Shown: positions 8,486-16,856, numbered from the stretch's first letter. The stretch: 59,918 nt of DNA from a virus (IMGVR_UViG_3300031825_000013:1-59918), one strand, 5' to 3'. Numbers and translations: made by a program. The notes: a model not told the origin generated them from the letters alone.

Positions 8486-8716
8486 ATGGGGTCAACCTAT
8501 CCGAATGGGGGGGCGATGGCCTGCACCGGAAAGACCCCGTTCCGAGACTTCCTCTTTGCCCACAAGATCGCGCGGAAGTCGGCTGGCCGGCACGATTGCG
8601 GGATGAAGGTCTACAAGTGCCACCAATGCGGGCTCTGGCACATCGGGCAGAAGACTCCGCCCTCGGCCCTTGCCTACAAGCCGCAGGTGTTCAAGTGGGC
8701 CGCTGATGAACGATAA
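8486..8716 (+). CDS. Small zinc-ribbon protein
   Basis: CTGK...VYKCHQCGLWHIG; start may be slightly downstream. Confidence 0.6.
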   Translation: MGSTYPNGGAMACTGKTPFRDFLFAHKIARKSAGRHDCGMKVYKCHQCGLWHIGQKTPPSALAYKPQVFKWAADER

Positions 8717-8731
8717 ACGGGGGAGCGCGGA

Positions 8732-9412
8732 ATGACCGATGCCTTGAGCGCCAAGAGCTACGCGATACTCAAAGAGGCGATGGCCACGGGAGCCTTCCCT
8801 GCGGAGTCGGGAGCCTCGCAGATCGCCGAGGTCATCGTGGCCCAATCGGGAGGAAGGCTGGATGCCCGTGACGCGGAGCGCGTCTCCGCCATGAGGGCCA
8901 TGGGCAAGGCCAACAACCTGTTCCGCAACGGGAAGAACCCCACCGAACGCAAGACCGCCGTTGCTTTCCTGTGGCGCATGGTCAAGCGCGAGGAAACGAG
9001 GGAGGGGAGGCCGCGATGGCGCTTCTCCAAGACGACCTGCGTTTGCGTCTCCACTGTCGCTGTAGATGAAACCTGCTGGGATGCGTGCCCCACCTGCCAA
9101 GGGGCGGGAGTCGTCCCCATGGGCTTCTCGGAACAGAAGATCGACGGCCGCCAGCCCATGACGACGTGCCACACCTGCATGGGCTCCAGGAAGCGCAAGT
9201 ACGACACTGACGAGCGCGTAGCGGCTCTGGCGAAGGCTTGGGCTGGGATCATGGGCGTGGACGATGCGGACGGGTCTATCGCCCGGGAGATCCGGGCAGA
9301 CAAGCGCCTGCGGGGCTTCATCGAGGCGATTGAGTGGGGCCGGGGCAAGTTGCTCGAGGCCGAGCGCATGGCGGTAGAGGGTGCGGCTGAAATGCTGGAG
9401 CGGTGGACGTAA
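8732..9412 (+). CDS. Probable Q-like late antiterminator
   Basis: CPTCQGAG...CHTCMGS zinc finger; last early gene, followed by a promoter, a terminator and the lysis genes. Confidence 0.65.
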   Translation: MTDALSAKSYAILKEAMATGAFPAESGASQIAEVIVAQSGGRLDARDAERVSAMRAMGKANNLFRNGKNPTERKTAVAFLWRMVKREETREGRPRWRFSKTTCVCVSTVAVDETCWDACPTCQGAGVVPMGFSEQKIDGRQPMTTCHTCMGSRKRKYDTDERVAALAKAWAGIMGVDDADGSIAREIRADKRLRGFIEAIEWGRGKLLEAERMAVEGAAEMLERWT

Positions 9413-9423
9413 CCTCGGGGGTA

Positions 9424-9452
9424 TTGACTTTCGCCATGAACCGCGAAAGAAT
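9424..9452 (+). promoter_or_regulatory. Putative late promoter (pR'-like)
   Basis: TTGACT, 17 bp, AAGAAT directly after the Q-like gene. Confidence 0.55.
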
Positions 9453-9586
9453 CGCGCAAGAGTCGGCGCGTTCAACCTGGGCAGTGCCCCGAAGCCGACC
9501 GGGGCAGGCGATTCGTCATGCCGGGCACAATAACGACAACAACCGTTTGACGCGCTCAATCCACAACTGCCCCCATCGTTTCCATG

Positions 9587-9612
9587 CGCCCCGCGAGGGG
9601 CGTTTCCATTTC
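9587..9612 (+). terminator. tR'-like intrinsic terminator
   Basis: CGCCCC-GCGA-GGGGCG followed by TTTCCATTT. Confidence 0.6.
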
Positions 9613-9844
9613 TGGATTGCCCCGGCGTGGCAACGTCGGAGCCCTTTGGCCGCCGAGTGGAAAAAACGGCCTAAGCCCGGCGGGTTCGCGAGCCCATCGG
9701 GTGGACTATTCCCCCTCAATGCCGGGCAAGCAGCCTACAGCCCATCCCCACGGCGGGCATGCAGACCCTTTCGGGTCCCCGGCGCCTTTCAACATCACGT
9801 CTGGAGGAATCCGCCATGGTTCGGAGAATCTCCCCTGTCGGGCC

Positions 9845-10066
9845 ATGAACGCGGTCAGTACGGAGCGCGAGCTCGGGGACCACGGAGCGCGCCTCACGAA
9901 CCTGGAGCAAACCGTGCAAGGGCTTGACGCCAAGATGGACGAGGTATTGCTCGAGATCCACACCGCCAAGGGCGGCTACAAGACGCTGATGCTGGTCGGG
10001 GGGATGGCCGGTGCGGTGGGGGCGCTCGTCGGGAAGTTCCTGCCTTGGCTGACGCTCAAGCCGTGA
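9845..10066 (+). CDS. Small coiled-coil membrane protein of the lysis cassette (holin/XhlA-like)
   Basis: Coiled coil plus C-terminal hydrophobic helix; upstream of the endolysin. Confidence 0.6.
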   Translation: MNAVSTERELGDHGARLTNLEQTVQGLDAKMDEVLLEIHTAKGGYKTLMLVGGMAGAVGALVGKFLPWLTLKP

Positions 10067-10341
10067 ACCCGATCGAGTGGCTGAAGCGGACTCTCGACAA
10101 CAGGTTGTTTTCTCGGGCTGTCATGGTCTACATCTGCTGGTTCGCGTGGCGCATGTCCGACTGGGCAATGGCCTTTGCGGGGACGGTGCTGGTGATGGAT
10201 GGACAGAAGGATTTCCAGGGGGCCGCCATGCTGGTCGGTGCGATCGGAGTTCTTCCGGTGGCGCTACTGACCTGGGGGCTCAACGCCTACAACGCGATGC
10301 GAGCCTCCCAGCCAGCAGGAGACCAGAGGAGTGCGGCGTGA
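10063..10341 (+). CDS. Putative holin
   Basis: Two hydrophobic segments; adjacent to the endolysin. Confidence 0.6.
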   Translation: MNPIEWLKRTLDNRLFSRAVMVYICWFAWRMSDWAMAFAGTVLVMDGQKDFQGAAMLVGAIGVLPVALLTWGLNAYNAMRASQPAGDQRSAA

Positions 10342-10967
10342 GCCTCCCGCTGACCGTCCCGATGCTGCTGGCGATCATGCCGGGCGCTGGCGAGGCAGCG
10401 TCCACGTTCCTCATGCCGCTCCAGCAGTCGATGGCCCGCTGGGGGATCGCGGAAAGCGATGCGCGAGTCGCCGCGTTCCTCGCCCAAGTGGCCCATGAAT
10501 CGGACGACCTCACGGCCCTCGAGGAGAACCTGAATTACTCGGCCGAGGGGCTTCTCAAGACATGGCCCAATCGCTTCTCCGCTGAGGCTGCCGCCCACTA
10601 CGCCCGCAAGCCGGAACTGATCGCAAACCGCGTCTACGCGAACCGGATGGGCAACGGGGATCAGGCGAGCGGCGACGGCTGGCGCTACCGTGGCCGTGGG
10701 CTCTTCCAGCTCACGGGGAAGAAGAACTACGCCGCCGCTTCCCTTGCTATCTGCGGCGATGCGAGCGTGCTGGTGAAGTCTCCCGAACTCGTGGTGACCC
10801 CGGAGTACGCCTGCGAGACAGCGGGTTGGTACTGGCACGACAACGACCTCGACCGCTTCGCCGATACCGGTGATTTCGACGGCCTGACGCGGGCGATCAA
10901 CGGCGGGCTGAATGGCCTCAAGGAGCGCGTGGCTTACTGGCACCGCTCTATCGAAGCCCTAGCGTGA
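10338..10967 (+). CDS. Glycoside hydrolase family 19 endolysin
   Basis: AAFLAQVAHES, EENLNYSA, GDGWRYRGRGLFQLTGKKNY, INGGLNGL. Confidence 0.92.
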   Translation: MSLPLTVPMLLAIMPGAGEAASTFLMPLQQSMARWGIAESDARVAAFLAQVAHESDDLTALEENLNYSAEGLLKTWPNRFSAEAAAHYARKPELIANRVYANRMGNGDQASGDGWRYRGRGLFQLTGKKNYAAASLAICGDASVLVKSPELVVTPEYACETAGWYWHDNDLDRFADTGDFDGLTRAINGGLNGLKERVAYWHRSIEALA

Positions 10968-11209
10968 AAGGAGCCCCGTGAGCGCAGAGTTGAAGATCCG
11001 CGCCCAGAAGCTGCTCGATGAGTTGGAGTCTTGGTTCATTTCGGAGGGAATCTCGCCTCCGCACTATGTGCAACACCAGATCGACCAGCTCCGCCGCACC
11101 CTAGAGGCGCTTGCCTGACCATGCTCTTCGACCTCTTCGATCCGGTCAACGTGCTCGCCATCCTCGCGTGGATCGGGCTGGTGGCTCTGTGCCGGACAAA
11201 GGACCACGA

Positions 11210-11854
11210 ATGATCGCCTTGTTCTGGAAGGCCCTCGGCTTTCTCAAGATGATCCCCTGGCAGGTGTGGGCCATCCTGGGTGCGGCGATGTCGTTCTGGC
11301 TCTGGCTCGGCGCCCACGATGCGGCGCTCACGAAGAAAGTCACCCTTGACCGTGACGCCTACTGGCAGGGCCGCGAGAAGGCGGCCAACGATCGCTACGC
11401 GGCCGACATGAACCGCAAGCGGGCCGAAGTCGCTGATCTTGTGCTCGCCGGGATCGCCCTTCGGGACCAGCTTGAAGGCGTGATCCGTGCTCAAGCTGCG
11501 GCGTTCCAAACTGAGTTCGACAGGCTCAATAACCGGAGGGCCGCTTATGTCACCCCGCTCGCTGATTCTCGCTGCGTTATTCCTGCTGGCTTCGTCATGC
11601 AGTTCAACGCCGGGGCTGCCGGCGCCAACGGCACGGGAGCCGTTCACGATCCCGCCGCTGCCGACCCCGGGCCCCAGCTTGTCGATGCCCCCTCCGGCAT
11701 CGCCCTATCTCGCGTCTCCGAAGCCGTCACCGCAACCCAGCAAGCCCTCGGCGACTGCCGCAGACAAGTAAGCGGCTGGCAAAGCTTCTACTCGACCGTG
11801 CTGGTCCCCTGGCATGCGTCTCTCGCCAAAACCCTACAAGGAACCCCACCATGA
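11210..11854 (+). CDS. Rz-like inner-membrane spanin
   Basis: N-terminal TM helix, coiled coil, lysis cassette position. Confidence 0.7.
   Translation: MIALFWKALGFLKMIPWQVWAILGAAMSFWLWLGAHDAALTKKVTLDRDAYWQGREKAANDRYAADMNRKRAEVADLVLAGIALRDQLEGVIRAQAAAFQTEFDRLNNRRAAYVTPLADSRCVIPAGFVMQFNAGAAGANGTGAVHDPAAADPGPQLVDAPSGIALSRVSEAVTATQQALGDCRRQVSGWQSFYSTVLVPWHASLAKTLQGTPP
11547..11771 (+). CDS. Rz1-like outer-membrane lipoprotein spanin embedded in Rz (+1 frame)
   Basis: GGAGG at 11535-11539, signal peptide with lipobox-like LASSC, proline-rich mature part. Confidence 0.7.
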   Translation: MSPRSLILAALFLLASSCSSTPGLPAPTAREPFTIPPLPTPGPSLSMPPPASPYLASPKPSPQPSKPSATAADK

Positions 11855-12603
11855 CCCTGTTCGAGTTCGTTCTCCTAGTCGTCGTCGCCCTCGTTGTGTG
11901 GGCCATCGTGTCCGGCAAGATCGACTCGAAGAAGCTGAAGGACGCCATCGCAGACCTCAAGGACGACGGGAGGCTCAACGGGAGCAACGTCCAGTCCATT
12001 ACCGTGACGCCGGAGCATCTGCAAGCCGTGGCCGAGATCGTCCGCGCCGCGCAGCCTTCCCCGGCACCGATCGCGCAGCCTGCGCCAGCCGCGGTCCCCG
12101 AATACAACGGCGTGGGCGATCCTCCCTCGCAGGAGGCGTGGGCGAAGTGGCGCTCGAGCCTCAATCCGATGCTGCGGTCCTTCTATCCCGAGGTCTGGAA
12201 GCCGACGCCGACGTCCGCCGCGAACCCGGCGATGGACGTGCCTGCCGTCTTCAAGGACGGCGTGATGATCCATACCGACGGCCCGTACTCCGGCCAGCCG
12301 AAGCCGCTGACTCGCGGCGTTCGGGTGAAGGTTCTCGGACAGGCGGGGGAGGTCTACAGCTTCCGGCTGCTTTGGGACGTGACGCGGGTGACGATCGCCG
12401 AGACCTCCGATAGCGGGGACCAAGCAAGGCGAAACCTGTGGGGCTCGACGACCCCTCGCGGGCCGGCTATCGTCGGTGATGCCGCGCACGAGTTCCAATA
12501 CAACAACGCGACGCTGATTGTCCCGGCCGGCATGGAGGGGGCAGAGTACGCAAACGTCCGCCAGCTTGTCGCTGACGGGTCCTTCTACATCCAGGCGAAC
12601 TGA
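11851..12603 (+). CDS. Membrane-anchored hypothetical protein
   Basis: N-terminal TM helix, Pro/Ala linker. Confidence 0.65.
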   Translation: MTLFEFVLLVVVALVVWAIVSGKIDSKKLKDAIADLKDDGRLNGSNVQSITVTPEHLQAVAEIVRAAQPSPAPIAQPAPAAVPEYNGVGDPPSQEAWAKWRSSLNPMLRSFYPEVWKPTPTSAANPAMDVPAVFKDGVMIHTDGPYSGQPKPLTRGVRVKVLGQAGEVYSFRLLWDVTRVTIAETSDSGDQARRNLWGSTTPRGPAIVGDAAHEFQYNNATLIVPAGMEGAEYANVRQLVADGSFYIQAN

Positions 12604-12618
12604 TGGCCGCCGGCGCGG

Positions 12619-12864
12619 TTACGCCCCCTCGCGCTCGATCTGGCGCAGCGTGGCGAGGCGGGAGCGCAGCCGGAACAGCGCCCACGCTGCCCCGCTGATG
12701 GGTCGCTCGCCGGACTCCCACTTGATCCACGCGCGGGTTGATACGAGCGCACGCGATGCGGCCTCGGCCTGCGTGATGCCGAGGGAGTCGCGGGCGGCTC
12801 GAATCTCGGGGGCGGATGGCAAAAGGGCCACCTCGCGGCGGCCCCGGTGCGGGTGGTTGGTCAC
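12619..12864 (-). CDS. Small XRE-family HTH protein (moron)
   Basis: EIRAARDSLGITQAEAASRALVSTRAWIKWESGERPI. Confidence 0.8.
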   Translation of the reverse strand: MTNHPHRGRREVALLPSAPEIRAARDSLGITQAEAASRALVSTRAWIKWESGERPISGAAWALFRLRSRLATLRQIEREGA

Positions 12865-13091
12865 AGCTCGCTCTGCACGTCTGCGGGGCGCCATCCGTCC
12901 GTCGTCCACATCATGACCGAGGCGTCACTGTACCCGCCTTGGGTGCGGCAGCCACGCTGATCGGAAATTAGGGACCGTTGGGCCGCCATCGCCGTGCGGT
13001 GCTCCGATACCAGTCCGCGCACGCTGCCGTACACGATGTACTGATGTTGGCTCTCGATCATCATCCCAGAGATCAGTCCACGATTTGCCAT
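12861..13091 (-). CDS. Hypothetical protein coupled to the HTH gene
   Basis: GTGA overlap with the HTH gene; GGAGCGGGA upstream. Confidence 0.55.
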   Translation of the reverse strand: MANRGLISGMMIESQHQYIVYGSVRGLVSEHRTAMAAQRSLISDQRGCRTQGGYSDASVMMWTTDGWRPADVQSEL

Positions 13092-13240
13092 TCCCGCTCC
13101 TATGCCCCTGGTCCCGCGAGGCGCCGGTATCGGATGTCCGATGTAGAGATATTACCCTATGGGTAACAGGAAACATTGACCCAGGTCAAGAAAAACGAAA
13201 TATTTTTGATGACTGTCAACTTTTGACGGGATTCCCGCAT

Positions 13241-13540
13241 ATGGCCACCAAGATCTGCGTAGTCGTTTCCGATGACGGGCAACTGTCCATCGGCATCGAG
13301 CCCCCGGGCGAGGAAATGGCCGAGGGCATGGGTGAGGGCATGGGCCAAGAGGGGATGGAGGGCGGCGAGGATACCTCCTACCTCGAGCCCGTGGCCGACG
13401 AGCGGGAGCTGATGATGAAGCTCCGCGAACTCATTGCCAGCGCCAGCCAGCCGAACCCCGAGGCCCAGGAGGGATTCGAGCGTGGCTTCAAGCGCGCCAG
13501 CGGTCCCCCGGGGGTCGATATGAAGGGGCTGATGAAGTGA
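13241..13540 (+). CDS. Acidic hypothetical protein
   Basis: ORF at the start of the packaging block. Confidence 0.6.
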   Translation: MATKICVVVSDDGQLSIGIEPPGEEMAEGMGEGMGQEGMEGGEDTSYLEPVADERELMMKLRELIASASQPNPEAQEGFERGFKRASGPPGVDMKGLMK

Positions 13541-13788
13541 AGATTGGCCGTTTCGTCGTGCTGGCGAGTGAGAGCGGGACTGATCCGTGGAAGGTTGTTC
13601 CGCCTGATCAGGTCCCGGCCTGGCTCAAGGACCCCGTCACCATGGGGCGTCTTGCCGGTGGCGAAATGGCCCAGGACGGTGAGGGGGCGTGGTACAGGGT
13701 GGACCGGGTAGCCGAGAGCCCCATCGTCTTGCCCCGCGAAGTCAACCTGAAGCACACTCCGGCAGCGTTGGACGCGGTGAAGCACTGA
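13537..13788 (+). CDS. Hypothetical protein
   Basis: Coupled ORF. Confidence 0.6.
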   Translation: MKIGRFVVLASESGTDPWKVVPPDQVPAWLKDPVTMGRLAGGEMAQDGEGAWYRVDRVAESPIVLPREVNLKHTPAALDAVKH

Positions 13789-13991
13789 TGGACGACGCCG
13801 ACCTGGCTTCCGAACACCTCGAGCGATTCGAGGCCGCGGCCCTGGCCAAGCGCAGACCGGTTTTGATCCCTGCGGGCCGCTGCCATTACTGCTCTGAGGA
13901 GATTGGCCCCGGCGCCCTCTTTTGTGGTGTGGGCTGCCACCAGGACTACGAACACGAGCGCGTGACACGCGAGAAACAGGGGATGGCATGA
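13788..13991 (+). CDS. TraR/DksA-like C4 zinc-finger small protein
   Basis: N-terminal DDADLA and CHYC...FCGVGC. Confidence 0.6.
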   Translation: MDDADLASEHLERFEAAALAKRRPVLIPAGRCHYCSEEIGPGALFCGVGCHQDYEHERVTREKQGMA

Positions 13992-14263
13992 ACGAGAGGG
14001 AACGCATCAAGGCGCTGGAAGCACGCGTGCGGGCGCTGGAAGAACGGCTCGCCGCGACCGAGAGCACGCCGTCCTGGTGGCCGGCCCATCCGTTGATGGC
14101 CCCACGGGGGGCCACTATTTGCGGCAAGGCGCCACCCGGTCCCGCCGTGCAATACACGGATGGGCTAGGTAATACCGGGTACGTCATGTCCTCTTCGTGT
14201 GCGCCCGCGCCCAAGACCAACCGGGACATCAGCCCCCTCGTTACGACCTACCCGCCCCGATGA
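13988..14263 (+). CDS. Hypothetical protein
   Basis: Coupled ORF. Confidence 0.5.
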   Translation: MNERERIKALEARVRALEERLAATESTPSWWPAHPLMAPRGATICGKAPPGPAVQYTDGLGNTGYVMSSSCAPAPKTNRDISPLVTTYPPR

Positions 14264-14850
14264 CCAAGAAGAAGCCCCCCAAGAAGGGGGGGAAGAAGCC
14301 GAAGGCCGGGAACTCGAAGGACGCCGCCCGTAAGCGTCGCCTCGCATTCGTCGAGGCGTACATCGCCAACGGGGGGAACGCAACAGACGCCGCCAAGCAA
14401 GCCGGGTACAGCGCCAAGACGGCCTACTCTGCCGGTGGGCGGGCGTTGAAGCACGTTGAGACCGCGCGGATGATCGCGGAGCGGCAGAAAAAACTCCAAG
14501 AGGCTCATGGGCTTACGACGGATCGCGTGATTCAGGAACTCTCCCGCATTGCGTTCGCGGACCTGCGGAAAGTCTTCGACGACAAGGGGGCGCTGCTCCC
14601 GCCGAACCTGTGGCCCGATGACGTGGCCGCGGCGATGGCCGGTGTTGACGTGGTGGAGATGGCGGGCGGCATGGAAGTGAGCGGCGAGAGCGGCATCTCG
14701 CATGTCCCGATGTACACCAAGAAGGTGAAGCTCTGGGACAAGAACGCGGCCATCGAGAAGGCCATGAAGCACCTGGGGATGTTCGAGAAGGACAACGCCC
14801 AGGCGAAGACGCAATTCGTGGTGCTGGATGCTGCTGACCAGCGGGCATGA
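14260..14850 (+). CDS. terS: Terminase small subunit
   Basis: FVEAYIANGGNATDAAKQAGYSAKTA, ELSRIAFAD, KVKLWDKNAA. Confidence 0.9.
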   Translation: MTKKKPPKKGGKKPKAGNSKDAARKRRLAFVEAYIANGGNATDAAKQAGYSAKTAYSAGGRALKHVETARMIAERQKKLQEAHGLTTDRVIQELSRIAFADLRKVFDDKGALLPPNLWPDDVAAAMAGVDVVEMAGGMEVSGESGISHVPMYTKKVKLWDKNAAIEKAMKHLGMFEKDNAQAKTQFVVLDAADQRA

Positions 14851-16193
14851 AGTTTTCCCTGACGGACAAGCAGATCGAGGCGCGGGAGTACCTGTCCGGG
14901 GACGCGCCCAACGTGATGCTGTTCGGGGGGTCTCGGTCGGGCAAGACCTTCCTCATCGTCAGGCAGATAATCGTGCGGGCGCTCAAGGCGCCGAAGTCCC
15001 GGCACGCCATCCTGCGGTTCCGGTTCAACCACGCGAAGGCCAGCATCGTGCTCGACACCTTCCCGAAGGTGATGGAACTGTGCTTCCCGGGTGAGCAGTA
15101 CGAGTTCGACAAGACGGATTGGTACGCGAAGCTGCCCGGTGAGAGCCAAATCTGGATCGGGGGGCTGGACGACAAGGAGCGTACGGAGAAGATTCTGGGG
15201 CAGGAATACGCCTCGATCTTCCTGAATGAGTGCTCGCAGATCCCGTGGGCCTCGGCGCAGATGGCGGCTACCCGCCTGGCGCAGCGGGTGAACGTGGACG
15301 TGCCGGGGCTGAAAGCCGACCCGCTCGTGCCGCGGATGTTCTACGACTGCAACCCGCCGACGAAGGCGCATTGGACGTACCGGGTATTCGTGGAGGGGAG
15401 GGACCCCGAGACGAAGCGCCCGATGACGAACCCGGAAGACTACCTCTGCTTCCAGATCAACCCGGGCGACAACCGGGCGAACCTGCCGCCGGGGTATCTC
15501 GAGAAGACCCTCAAGAACATGAGCGCCCGGATGCAACGGCGCTTCCTGCTGGGGGAGTTCGCGGACGCCACGCCCAATGCCTTGTTCTCCCAGGAGGACA
15601 TCGACAAGTGGCGCGTGCTGGACGGGAAACTCCCAGATATGGTCCGCATCGTGATCGCCGTCGACCCCTCCGGGGCTGATGACGAGGACAACGCGGACAA
15701 CGATGAAATAGGAATCGTGGCCGCCGGTCTGGGAACGGACGGCAACGGCTACTTGCTCGAGGACTGCACCGTCAAGGCGGGTCCCGGGACGTGGGGCAAC
15801 GTGGCGACCACTGCCTTTGATCGTCTTGAGGCGGATGTGGTGGTGGGCGAGGGCAATTTCGGCGGGGCGATGGTGAACCAGACGATCCAGGTGGCCCGCC
15901 CCAGAACAAACTTCAAGATGGTCACGGCCAGCCGAGGCAAGGCTGTCCGGGCGGAGCCTTTCTCGGCCCTGTACGAGAAGGGGAAGATCCGGCACGTCGG
16001 GTACTTCCCCGAGCTGGAGGACGAGCTCGCGGCGTTCTCGACCCACGGGTATCTGGCCGACGGGTCCCCGAACCGGGCCGACGCCTTGATCTGGGCGCTC
16101 ACGGAGTTGTTCTCCGGACTGGTGGCCCCGAAGCGCACGAAGGCCCGTGCAGTAACCCCCTGGCGGCCCACGGCTCCGGGCGTGGGGATGTAG
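14847..16193 (+). CDS. terL: Terminase large subunit
   Basis: Walker A GGSRSGKT, IFLNE, CNP, nuclease AVDPS, VRAEP, SPNRADA. Confidence 0.93.
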   Translation: MKFSLTDKQIEAREYLSGDAPNVMLFGGSRSGKTFLIVRQIIVRALKAPKSRHAILRFRFNHAKASIVLDTFPKVMELCFPGEQYEFDKTDWYAKLPGESQIWIGGLDDKERTEKILGQEYASIFLNECSQIPWASAQMAATRLAQRVNVDVPGLKADPLVPRMFYDCNPPTKAHWTYRVFVEGRDPETKRPMTNPEDYLCFQINPGDNRANLPPGYLEKTLKNMSARMQRRFLLGEFADATPNALFSQEDIDKWRVLDGKLPDMVRIVIAVDPSGADDEDNADNDEIGIVAAGLGTDGNGYLLEDCTVKAGPGTWGNVATTAFDRLEADVVVGEGNFGGAMVNQTIQVARPRTNFKMVTASRGKAVRAEPFSALYEKGKIRHVGYFPELEDELAAFSTHGYLADGSPNRADALIWALTELFSGLVAPKRTKARAVTPWRPTAPGVGM

Positions 16194-16198
16194 CAGCT

Positions 16199-16269
16199 AC
16201 ACGCATGGCGATTATGCCTCGGTGGTTCTAGACCGCTGCGGGCTTAACGGCCCGAGTCGCCAGCCGTGT
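16199..16269 (+). ncRNA. Candidate small three-way-junction RNA
   Basis: ACACG/CGTGT and TGGCGATT/AGTCGCCA enclose two hairpins. Confidence 0.5.
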
Positions 16270-16280
16270 TGCCGTTCAAT

Positions 16281-16807
16281 GGGGAGGCCCGCTCGAACTG
16301 CCGGTTTGTCCCGGCCCCCGAAAGGGTGAGGGCCACTAGTTCAGCAGTACCCGGCCTAGCCAGCCGGCCCATTCAGAGTCACAGAAAAATAGTTTACGGT
16401 CGGCGCGTCATGTTCCGCAAACTGGCTGGCCCGGCCTGAAGCCGGGAGTTGCGCGCAACGCGGCGGAATGTGTCGAAAGTCTGGTAGCTCCAGACGATGC
16501 GGGTATCCAGCCCCGCCGCCGCCCACCCTTTAAGCCCCCAAAGAACACGACCAAGGAATACCGAGGACGCTGGTTGGCGGTGTACGGGCTCATTACCCGG
16601 CGCTCCTGAAAGGGAGCGCACAGCTCCCCGAGGGCACACGCCTTGGTCAAACCGCCACTATTTCACCGGATTGTTGGCCGGATAAGTCCAGCAACGGGAG
16701 CGGTCCCGCATTAGGCGCAAAGGGTAAGCCTAGACGGATTAGGCGGCAGTTTTACCGGAGCACCCCGCGACAAACCGCAGGTAGTAACGGAAGGGGCCTC
16801 GTGCCCC
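16281..16807 (+). ncRNA. Candidate large, highly pseudoknotted non-coding RNA (~530 nt)
   Basis: No credible ORF; 5'/3' closing helix, many hairpins with GAAA tetraloops, several non-nested 7-13-bp complementarities (see findings). Confidence 0.65.
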
Positions 16808-16856
16808 GCTAATTCAATGGCTCGCTGTGGCGGGCCATTTCCATTTGGAGGGCGCC

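Noticed and set aside
16394-16685. Short ORFs 16394..16639, 16408..16650 and 16497..16685
   Set aside because: No clear RBS, no recognisable motifs, atypical codon usage; two are antisense to the late operon
16281-16807. Group I/II intron, RNase P RNA or tmRNA identity for the large RNA
   Set aside because: No group II domain V, no convincing group I P7 elements, no GAGGAAAGTCC-type RNase P motif, no tRNA-like CCA end; terL and the next gene look uninterrupted. Judged by eye only
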